The notes below the pieces were generated by a model. It saw only the letters and a list, made by a program, of their open reading frames with translations. It was not told the DNA's origin and made no database searches. A DNA stretch of 34,706 nt from a virus. The DNA lies in IMG/VR virus record IMGVR_UViG_3300045988_101705; one strand, 5' to 3'. A program made the position numbers and the translations under genes. Position 1 is the stretch's first letter; each line of letters begins with the position of its first letter. Positions 1 to 6,423 of this stretch are shown one piece after another.

Positions 1-119
1 CGGTTTGTATCGCTTCCACGGCCAGATCAAGGGCTGTTTTATAAATGCCTGTTAATTCTTCGTGCAGTGCTTCCGGATCGTGGTTTTCTTTCACGCCGAT
101 CCAGAAATTATTCATTAAA
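1..119. repeat. Terminal overlap copy 1 (identical to 34588..34706)
   Basis: Base-for-base identity read directly. It lies inside a coding region, so it is an assembly/circularity overlap rather than a packaging repeat. Confidence 0.95.
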
Positions 120-277
120 ATGTCAAGGTTTCCCGCTTCTTCCTTTGCTTCCTCTGCTTCTTCCAGAATTACCGCGAAGGCTTCATGTGTGGAATTAAAA
201 AGCGGGAACTTCTGGTTTGCTGCTTCCAGTTCCTTGTCGATAAGTCCGTAAAGGTCGCGTTTTACAACGTCGCTCAT
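1..277 (-). CDS. Hypothetical early protein, 5' part. The ORF wraps the window edge and continues at 34587..34496 (122 aa in total).
   Basis: ATG at 277 preceded by GAAAGGAGATCTAACC. The frame stays open to base 1, and 277+92 nt is divisible by 3. The motif FNSTHEAFAVILEEAEEAKEE weakly resembles all-alpha MazG-like NTP pyrophosphohydrolases. Confidence 0.6.
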   Translation of the reverse strand, partial: MSDVVKRDLYGLIDKELEAANQKFPLFNSTHEAFAVILEEAEEAKEEAGNLDILMNNFWIGVKENHDPEALHEELTGIYKTALDLAVEAIQT

Positions 278-299
278 GGTTAGATCTCCTTTCTGTCTC

Positions 300-575
300 T
301 TAAACAATGCCGTGATAGTTATTTTCGGCGCAAATACGGTTGAAGTCGTCCAGAAGGTCGTCACGGTACCGGCTTACTTCTAAAGCCTGATAGCCTGCGT
401 CGTAAAGGCTGTTTTTTATCGCCTGCCATTTTGCGCCTATGTATGTTTCCAGATAATCGTTAAAATAAACCGTGTTCGGTTCAAATACCGTAAGGCCCGT
501 TTTTGGATCTGTGGCCCTGCGTCTACGCTTCTTCTTTGCCGGTTCCTCTGCTGCCGGCGTGTTCTGTCTCTTCAT
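300..575 (-). CDS. Hypothetical protein (91 aa, basic N-terminus)
   Basis: ORF track entry packed in the minus-strand gene string. Its start overlaps the 3' end of the methyltransferase C-terminal frame. Confidence 0.5.
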   Translation of the reverse strand: MKRQNTPAAEEPAKKKRRRRATDPKTGLTVFEPNTVYFNDYLETYIGAKWQAIKNSLYDAGYQALEVSRYRDDLLDDFNRICAENNYHGIV

Positions 576-1018
576 GCTCTTTTTCCTTTCCGAAAATAAC
601 CACCATAGACGGGAACGGCGCCGCGTCCTTGCAGCCGCCGAATTTCAGGCGGCCTTTAATGAAGCGAATTTCCGCTTTGTGGTATATGTAATCGTGAAAA
701 AACCTTGTGTCAGTGCGCGCCGGAATAAGCGCAACGACAACCGTTCCGGGCTTCTTCGCTTCTTCGTAACACTTCCGGATCCATTCGCCCGTTGTTTTTC
801 GGCCGTATGGTGGATTGCAGAAGACGCAACGCCCCCCCCCAATCCTTCAAAAGTCCGTTTTCCTCTTTTGTGAAATATTCCTTACACTTCGCGTTTTCTG
901 CGTCTGCGCAAGGATCCAGATCGAAGTGAAATTCTTCGTCCAGTTTGTCGAAAAAGTCCTGTGGTGTCGCCCAGTCTTCCTTTGTGCTACTGAATAGGGC
1001 TTTACTTAATTGTGCCAT
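523..1018 (-). pseudogene. Phage Dam-type DNA N6-adenine methyltransferase (NPPY class), frame broken in a G9 tract
   Basis: The N-terminal frame reads MAQLSKALFSSTKEDWATPQDFFDKLDEEFHFDLDPCA...DWGG. After the G9 run (832-840) a different frame reads RCVFCNPPYGRKTTGEWIRKCYEEAKKPGTVVVALIPARTDTRFFHDYI and ends at TAG 523-525. Eight Gs would fuse the two frames. Confidence 0.8.
832..840. repeat. C9/G9 homopolymer at the methyltransferase frame break
   Basis: Counted directly: g at 831, then nine c. Confidence 0.95.
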
Positions 1019-1038
1019 GGTTAGATCTCCCTTCATTG

Positions 1039-1185
1039 TTACCACTGGCCTTCTAATGCTGCGCATTTCCCGGCCAGAAAATAGTTATAATCTTTGCAAT
1101 GCTCCGGGCCTTTACATTCCTTCTTCTTTCCTTCGTAAAATTCCCGGCATAGTTCGCAAAATTCACATTCGCTTTCTTTTCTCAT
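1039..1185 (-). CDS. Small Cys-rich protein (48 aa)
   Basis: My own translation gives MRKESECEFCELCREFYEGKKKECKGPEHCKDYNYFLAGKCAALEGQW. It is tightly packed between neighbouring genes and is below the ORF-track size cut-off. Confidence 0.4.
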   Translation of the reverse strand: MRKESECEFCELCREFYEGKKKECKGPEHCKDYNYFLAGKCAALEGQW

Positions 1186-1188
1186 TTT

Positions 1189-1293
1189 CTAAATACCGCC
1201 GATATTCATGATCGTTAAAATCACAAATACAACCGCCGCGGCCGCAACCGCAAACAATAAAATAAATAATATGATCCAGTCTACAATGTTCAT
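1189..1293 (-). CDS. Small single-pass membrane peptide (34 aa)
   Basis: My own translation gives MNIVDWIILFILLFAVAAAAVVFVILTIMNIGGI. An AAAGG SD lies upstream. Confidence 0.4.
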   Translation of the reverse strand: MNIVDWIILFILLFAVAAAAVVFVILTIMNIGGI

Positions 1294-1303
1294 TTTTCGC
1301 CTT

Positions 1304-1597
1304 TCAAATACAGATCTTGTAATACAGTTTCATTTCCAGATCTGAAAACTTATAGTCCGGCGCCTGTTCCGGTTCGATCGGGGCCATAAGGCCGCGCGCC
1401 TTCCAGTCCTTCGCCCGGATCTCCGGATCTATTCTGAAAGATACCATTTCCGCTTCCAGAATGTCTGGTGAAAGGTCCGCGGCGCCTTCATGAACTAAGG
1501 CGCCCTTGTAACCTGCGAAAAGGACTTCTTCGCCCTTTACAATCTTGATCCGGTCCGGGTTCGTTATCTTTTCCAGAAAATCTTTTACCGTAATCAT
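1304..1597 (-). CDS. Hypothetical protein (97 aa)
   Basis: ORF track entry. ATGA start/stop overlap with the upstream gene at 1594-1597. Confidence 0.6.
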   Translation of the reverse strand: MITVKDFLEKITNPDRIKIVKGEEVLFAGYKGALVHEGAADLSPDILEAEMVSFRIDPEIRAKDWKARGLMAPIEPEQAPDYKFSDLEMKLYYKICI

Positions 1598-1830
1598 GCA
1601 GTCACCGGATAGATCCAGATCTTGAAGATATACTTTCCGGCGTTCTCTGTATCTGCTGTCGGCTGAATGAATTTCACTTCGCGATCCAGTAATTCTTCGT
1701 GATCTCTGATTTTTACGGATCTATCTTTGAAGGCCGGTTCTGTTTCGCCTTCTTCGATAATGTGTAAAACCTGCGCCGGTCCTACTAAGGTTAAAAACTC
1801 TTTCAAAGGCAAGTTCATTTTTCCTTTCAT
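1594..1830 (-). CDS. Hypothetical protein (78 aa)
   Basis: ORF track entry. SD GGAAGGGAGAA upstream of ATG 1830. Confidence 0.6.
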   Translation of the reverse strand: MKGKMNLPLKEFLTLVGPAQVLHIIEEGETEPAFKDRSVKIRDHEELLDREVKFIQPTADTENAGKYIFKIWIYPVTA

Positions 1831-1849
1831 GCTGTGTTCTCCCTTCCTG

Positions 1850-2239
1850 CTAATTTCTCGAAGTTGCTATTCCAAGTTCTAAAGCGATCCGGAACATTCC
1901 TTCGGCCTGTTCGCGCGGAACTCCATTTTTCACGCTGTTTTCGATAATCTCCGAAATTGCAAACGCCAACATTTGCGCGATCAGATTGCTATCCCCTACC
2001 ACCTGCACCAGTGGTGGCCGGTTCTCGTCAATGCTTATTACATGGAACCCGGCCTTTTCTTTTAATCTGAACGCCTGTCCTTCTTTCAGGCGGGCTTTGA
2101 ACTCTTCTTCGGATCCCGCTTCTTTCAGGTCGTCAATAGAAGGCGCCTTCTGTCTTTCTTTCTTCATGCTCTGCCCCCCCCCGAAGCCGAAGCGGCCTTC
2201 AATGAATGTTCTAAATGCGTCGTAATTGTTGTTACTCAT
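1850..2239 (-). CDS. Hypothetical protein (129 aa) containing an in-frame G9 tract
   Basis: I prefer the internal ATG at 2239 (MSNNNYDAF...), which is preceded by AAAGGAGATCAAACC. It ends in TAG at 1850-1852. The G9 run at 2174-2182 encodes GGG. Confidence 0.6.
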   Translation of the reverse strand: MSNNNYDAFRTFIEGRFGFGGGQSMKKERQKAPSIDDLKEAGSEEEFKARLKEGQAFRLKEKAGFHVISIDENRPPLVQVVGDSNLIAQMLAFAISEIIENSVKNGVPREQAEGMFRIALELGIATSRN

Positions 2240-2256
2240 GGTTTGATCTCCTTTTC

Positions 2257-2571
2257 TTATAAAAAGTCTTCTACAATCTGCCGGGCGAAGTCTTCCGCTT
2301 CCTCTTCGTCGTATGCTTCGTCGTTGCAATATTGAAGCCAGTGTTTCCATTCGTGGGCCACGGTTTCGATCATGCTTTCTTCGCCGCCCGGTAAGTCGTC
2401 GGCAATATAGATCTTTTCTTCTGGTGGAACAAATACGCCAAAGCCTATTGATCCGTCCGGTCCTTCTATGCTGTCGTAGCCTTCCAAGAACTCCACTTCC
2501 ACTTCTCCGGATCCTTCCGGTGGTGGGTAATGCTTCCGCAGGTAATCTACAACGCCATATTTTCTTTTCAT
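2257..2571 (-). CDS. Small HExxH motif protein (possible zinc metallopeptidase-like)
   Basis: Motif VAHEWKHWLQ. Start chosen at MKRKYGVV (2571); the longer ORF reaching 2637 would overlap the upstream gene. Confidence 0.45.
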   Translation of the reverse strand: MKRKYGVVDYLRKHYPPPEGSGEVEVEFLEGYDSIEGPDGSIGFGVFVPPEEKIYIADDLPGGEESMIETVAHEWKHWLQYCNDEAYDEEEAEDFARQIVEDFL

Positions 2572-2585
2572 TTGCCGTTTTCCTT

Positions 2586-3389
2586 TCAAAATAATGTCAA
2601 CTGCTGCGCCGTCTTCTCTGTCTTCTGGTTGCACCATATAACTTCCCGGCGCTGCTGCGCATTCTGTGCGTAATTTATCCGTTCTTCCCGGTACCAGTCT
2701 TTCAGGCGTTCTTCGTATAGTGGCGAAGAATAACCGCTGATAATTGCCAGGCCTTTGTGCTGCAGCAATGCTTCCAGTAATACTTCGTGATCCTCGTCCG
2801 TCATTTCATGCCGGTACTGTTTCCGGCATCTGGTAGAAAGAACGTAAGGTGGATCGCAATAGATCAGAACGTTTTCAAAATTGAACTTCTTGATCACTTC
2901 TACCGCCGGGCGGTTCTCTATCTGTACGCCCCGCAGGCGTTCCGCTGCTTCCATTATCTTTTCCGGTATCTTGCACCAGTCCGCGGCCGCGTAGGCCCTT
3001 TCCCTTCCCTAAACGTCCAGTTTCCACCCTACTTTCTCGCCCTGTGTCCTGAACCCGTGGCCCATGTTTAGGCGCGTGTAAAACAGAACTGCTTTTTCAA
3101 GGTCGTTTTCTGGTTCTTTCTGGTATGCCATTTCGTAGGTTTCCCGTGAATATGGTGTAAAGTATATTTCGCGGGCCAGACGTTCCGGATCGTTCCGGAT
3201 CTGCCTGAAAAGGTTTACCACTTCGCCGTCAAGATCGTTTATTGTCTCAATGTCTGATCGTGGTTTATTGAAGAAAACGCCGCCAGAACCGAAGAACGGT
3301 TCTAAATAACTGTGATGTTCTGGAAAGTGTGAAATTATCCAGTCCGCGGATCCCCACTTGCTACCCGGATATTTCATAAGCGCTTTCAC
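2586..3389 (-). pseudogene. D12-class DNA adenine methyltransferase (Dam-like) interrupted by one in-frame TAG
   Basis: The N-terminal part has YPGSKW and EPFFGSGGVFF (FxGxG). The C-terminal part has IYCDPPY. Both parts are in the same frame (3389 and 2954 are both 2 mod 3) and are separated only by TAG at 3009-3011. Confidence 0.8.
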
Positions 3390-3487
3390 TGTTTATTCTG
3401 GTTCGCAAGGTGTACGCCGAAGGCCACAAGGCCAACCGTGGCGGCGGCTGCTCCCGCGATAAAACAAATAATTCCTACCGCTACCAT
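3386..3487 (-). CDS. Small hydrophobic membrane peptide (33 aa)
   Basis: My own translation gives MVAVGIICFIAGAAAATVGLVAFGVHLANQNKQ. SD GAAAGGAGAATGAAAC lies upstream. Confidence 0.4.
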   Translation of the reverse strand: MVAVGIICFIAGAAAATVGLVAFGVHLANQNKQ

Positions 3488-3502
3488 GTTTCATTCTCCT
3501 TT

Positions 3503-3946
3503 CTACCCTCTGCGTGTGGCTTCCTCTGCCGCTTCCAGAATACTTTCCGCGGTTACTTCCGGCGGTTCCTTTTCCGTGTTTTCCTGCTCCTGTTCTGTGG
3601 CTTCCTGCTCCTGTTCTGTGGCTTCCTGCTCCTGTTCTGTGGCTTCCTGCTCCTGTTCCGCTTCGTCCTCTGCCGGTCCGAACTTCGCTTCGATCTGCTC
3701 TATCACTCCCTGCAGTCCCTTTTCAAGTTCTTCTGTGTCGAGAGTAACGGCCACAACCGTTCCCGGTTCCTTCGGCGCCGTCTCTTTCTTTCCGGTCATT
3801 GTTTCCCTGATAAACCGGTGTGGAACGTCGCAATTTACGGCGTTCATAAGTGTTTCATACTGTGCCGCCTGCTTTACCAGTGCGAAGAACTCTGAAAACT
3901 TCACTTCGGTTCTGTCCTCTTTTCCGAACACGTCAACTAAACTCAT
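3503..3946 (-). CDS. Acidic protein with EQEQEAT heptad repeats (147 aa)
   Basis: ORF track entry. ATG preceded by GAAAGGAGATCTAACAAA. The repeats are encoded by the 21-bp tandem array. Confidence 0.65.
   Translation of the reverse strand: MSLVDVFGKEDRTEVKFSEFFALVKQAAQYETLMNAVNCDVPHRFIRETMTGKKETAPKEPGTVVAVTLDTEELEKGLQGVIEQIEAKFGPAEDEAEQEQEATEQEQEATEQEQEATEQEQENTEKEPPEVTAESILEAAEEATRRG
3581..3660. repeat. 21-bp tandem repeat, about 3.8 copies (ttcctgctcctgttctgtggc)
   Basis: Three perfect units at 3581-3643 plus a partial unit. The array is in frame within CDS 3503..3946. Confidence 0.9.
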
Positions 3947-3950
3947 TTTG

Positions 3951-4124
3951 TTAGATCTCCTTTCTTTGGGTGAAATTGTATCTATAAAACAGGCGCGGCG
4001 CCTTGCGTCGTCCTCTTTTATAATTAAGGTGTCTTATTACCTGCCGGATCCTGCCGACTTCTTCCGCGGTCAGGCCGTCGCCGGTAATCTCGAAAATAAC
4101 TTTTCTTTCCGGTCGTTCTTTCAT
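3951..4124 (-). CDS. Hypothetical basic protein (57 aa)
   Basis: Start chosen at MKERPERKV (4124), which has an ATGA overlap with the upstream ORF stop and an AAAGGAA SD. Confidence 0.45.
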   Translation of the reverse strand: MKERPERKVIFEITGDGLTAEEVGRIRQVIRHLNYKRGRRKAPRLFYRYNFTQRKEI

Positions 4125-4324
4125 GGCTTCACTATTCCTTTCATAATTTCCAGAACGCGGGTAAAAGAACAATTCCGGAAGCGCGGATCCTTTTCGTATT
4201 CTGATCCGGCTGTTATGTAGCCGTAATGTGGGATCGTAATGTCGGCATGAAGGCCGGCGTTCTTCGGATCGTAGGGCGAACCGTTCCGGAACTCTACCCG
4301 GTGGCCGTTCGCTTCTATTGTCAA
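4121..4324 (-). CDS. Hypothetical protein, start uncertain
   Basis: The track starts it at TTG 4324, which has no SD. The frame stays open upstream to about 4494, past a good SD at about 4440, with no canonical start codon. Confidence 0.35.
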   Translation of the reverse strand: MTIEANGHRVEFRNGSPYDPKNAGLHADITIPHYGYITAGSEYEKDPRFRNCSFTRVLEIMKGIVKP

Positions 4325-4521
4325 GGTTCTTTTGTTGGCCTTCGCTCCCGGTACGTCGTGCAGCGCTGCCGCGAACGTGTGAAAGTCGTCTTCCGAATAC
4401 TTACGAAGGCTTCTAAAAATAATAATCTTCGTTGCAAATTCTCCTTTCTTCCCCTGCTGCCTTCTTCCGTGGTAATACGGAAGTGAAAGCGGCGTTGTTT
4501 TTCACGATCTGATCTGTGGTT

Positions 4522-4767
4522 TTACTGATCTGTAGCGTCGGCGCCGTCTGTTGTTTCTTCAATGGGCGGCCGCACTATGTAGCCGTGTCGATCCAGTGCG
4601 TATTCGCTCGGCCGGCATGGTGTGGCGCTTATCCATGACGAAAGTTGTTTTTCCATTCTGTCTAAAATATCCCTTACTTCTAAATAGGTTCTTCCGTCGC
4701 CGATTTTCTTTAATGTCTGATAGGCCAGAACGGCTTTTTCGTTTTCTCTTTCTTTGGCGGCTTTCAT
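4522..4767 (-). CDS. Hypothetical protein (81 aa)
   Basis: ORF track entry. The only strong SD (GAAAGGAGCGTGAACC) lies about 30 nt upstream of the ATG. Confidence 0.45.
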   Translation of the reverse strand: MKAAKERENEKAVLAYQTLKKIGDGRTYLEVRDILDRMEKQLSSWISATPCRPSEYALDRHGYIVRPPIEETTDGADATDQ

Positions 4768-4864
4768 GTAGTCTTCTGTTTTTTGTCCACCGGTTCACGC
4801 TCCTTTCTCTTTTCTCCCTGCTGCCTTCGTGGTATGATAAAGAAAAACCGAAAGGCGGGGTTGT

Positions 4865-5137
4865 ATGCTTAATAAAAAGCAAGTTAAATTTTTGAAATAC
4901 ATTTCAAAAGCCCGTAATGTGTCTGATGTTGTAAAAAAATTCCCTAAGACACGCGAAAACCAAAGTATTTATGATGTTAATTTTTCAAAATACTTCGATC
5001 GGCTCCCCGGTGATCTGTTTCAGATCAACGACGCCGGAAGAGATCTTTTGAACGCTTCTTTTTCTGAACGATTTTCGGCGGCTCATTCTTTTTGTTTGTT
5101 TATTTGGCAAATAATAGAAAAGCTGTTAAAACCGTGA
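4865..5137 (+). CDS. Hypothetical plus-strand protein (90 aa), possible moron
   Basis: AT-rich ORF in the opposite orientation to its neighbours. SD AAGGCGGGG and an upstream TGgTATGAT extended -10 at 4829-4837. Confidence 0.4.
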   Translation: MLNKKQVKFLKYISKARNVSDVVKKFPKTRENQSIYDVNFSKYFDRLPGDLFQINDAGRDLLNASFSERFSAAHSFCLFIWQIIEKLLKP

Positions 5138-5372
5138 TTATTACACCTTCTATATAAAGCGGAATTAAAAGTTTTTTTATTGCCTGTTGAACTTCCACTG
5201 GAAGTTCTTCTTTTATGATTTCTTTTGTCAGCCCTTCCACTGGAAAAAAACACGGGTAGTCTTTCCGCGCCTGTTTCCAGTCTGCCGCCGCAAGAAAGCA
5301 ACCGGCGCGAAGTTCGCACTTCCTGCAGTCGTTTTCTGCAAAATTGTTTATTTTTTCTATTTCCTTCTGCAT
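5100..5372 (-). CDS. Hypothetical protein with a C-terminal transmembrane segment (90 aa)
   Basis: ATG preceded by GAAAGGAGCGTGAACC. C-terminus reads IEGVIITVLTAFLLFAK. Confidence 0.55.
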   Translation of the reverse strand: MQKEIEKINNFAENDCRKCELRAGCFLAAADWKQARKDYPCFFPVEGLTKEIIKEELPVEVQQAIKKLLIPLYIEGVIITVLTAFLLFAK

Positions 5373-5387
5373 GGTTCACGCTCCTTT

Positions 5388-5606
5388 CTATGCTGCTTCG
5401 TTTCCGAAAAGGTCTTCAAAAGAACATTTATAGAACTTCATAAGTTTTACAATTTCCGGAAGTTCAAATTCTACTTCGCCGCGAAGTCTTCTTCTTACGC
5501 TGTCTTCGCTGATTTCCAGAGCGCGCGCAATGTCTGCCGTTGTCGTCCCGTTGTATGCCATTTTCGCCCGAAGTTTCGGGAAAATAATTACAAGTGGTTT
5601 TGCCAT
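5388..5606 (-). CDS. Cro-like HTH DNA-binding protein (72 aa)
   Basis: HTH-like TTADIARALEISEDSVRRRL. Divergent from the repressor gene across an operator-rich region. SD GAAAGGAGAACAGACC. Confidence 0.6.
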   Translation of the reverse strand: MAKPLVIIFPKLRAKMAYNGTTTADIARALEISEDSVRRRLRGEVEFELPEIVKLMKFYKCSFEDLFGNEAA

Positions 5607-5628
5607 GGTCTGTTCTCCTTTCCTTTGT

Positions 5629-5759
5629 AAACGCTATCTGCGTTTTCTGTATGATTGAATAATAAACGCTAATTGCGTTTTTGTCAAGTGTGTTTTGTAA
5701 CAATATTATTACTATTTGCGTTTATTTCTCTTTACAAAACGCATATTTGCGTTTATAAT
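5629..5759. promoter_or_regulatory. Lysis/lysogeny switch: three AAACGC-N5/6-GCGTTT operators within divergent promoters
   Basis: Operators at 5629-5645, 5664-5680 and 5737-5754. Plus-strand promoters: TTGTCA(5681)-17-TATTAT(5704) and TTTACA(5731)-17-TATAAT(5754). Minus-strand promoter: TTGACA(5687..5682)-17-TATTAT(5664..5659). Confidence 0.7.
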
Positions 5760-5791
5760 AAAATCAGTTAAAAGAAAGGGGGTGTTTTGGA

Positions 5792-6205
5792 ATGGCAAAG
5801 GAACGGACCACCGAAGCCCGCGGGCCTGAATATCTCGAATTTGGCGCCAATCTTACGAAGCTAAGAAAAGCGCGTGGCCTTTCTCAATCAGAGACGGCCG
5901 CCGCGCTCGGTATTACTCAAAGTACATACGCCGGTTGGGAAACCGGTACCCGCAAGGTGCAACTTTCCACCATGCTTCAACTATCAGAATATTTCGGTGT
6001 ATCTGTTGACGTTCTGATCGGTGTTCAAAAATTAACGGTTCCAACTACCGACGAACGCGCCTTCGACTTAAAGGAAAGTGAAAAGAACTTGATCTTGACC
6101 TTCCGGAAGCTAAACCGCGAAGGGAAGCAAAAACTTTGTGAACGTGCCGACGAACTTCTGGATCTCGGTTACATTCAAAAAGGGGACGCTGCAAAAATGG
6201 CATAA
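5792..6205 (+). CDS. CI-like XRE-family HTH repressor (137 aa)
   Basis: LRKARGLSQSETAAALGITQSTYAGWETG is a classic XRE HTH. SD AAAGGGGGTG. Located next to the integrase. Confidence 0.8.
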   Translation: MAKERTTEARGPEYLEFGANLTKLRKARGLSQSETAAALGITQSTYAGWETGTRKVQLSTMLQLSEYFGVSVDVLIGVQKLTVPTTDERAFDLKESEKNLILTFRKLNREGKQKLCERADELLDLGYIQKGDAAKMA

Positions 6206-6423
6206 AATACCGAACTTGTAAAATCTCGGAAAATGTCATTGAATTAAACTTCATAAAAAAATAAACGCCCCACGGCTGCAACCGCAAGGCGTTTATATAG
6301 ATGTTACCCGTCAACCCGTAGGGGCTGCGCTATGGTAAAACCTACCAAACTTTATTATAGCATAGGCCCCCGCAATTTGAAAGGGCTTATTTTTTTACGC
6401 CCTTTTTTCAAGGTGGTGTTTTT

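Noticed and set aside
1-119. The terminal 119-bp repeat as a physical direct terminal repeat of the virion DNA.
   Set aside because: It falls in the middle of an ORF in the early region, far from the terminase/HNH cos region. The gene content predicts cos packaging, so an assembly overlap is the simpler reading.
3009-3011. The in-frame TAG in the Dam gene as evidence for genome-wide amber (TAG) stop-codon reassignment.
   Set aside because: TAG works as a genuine stop elsewhere. Examples are 1850-1852 (followed directly by the next gene's SD and ATG), 21710-21712, 1189-1191 and 30186-30188. No other gene is split by TAG, and I saw no suppressor tRNA.
3581-3660. The tandem 21-bp repeats as a CRISPR array.
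   Set aside because: The units are directly adjacent with no spacers. They lie in frame within a coding sequence and encode a heptad peptide repeat.
6255-6300. The hairpin taaacgcc...ggcgttta after the repressor gene as a conventional terminator for the repressor.
   Set aside because: The loop is large (about 18 nt). The T-run lies on the minus-strand side (TTTATTTTTTT), not after the plus-strand stem. It looks more like an insulator against inward minus-strand transcription, so the function is left unassigned.
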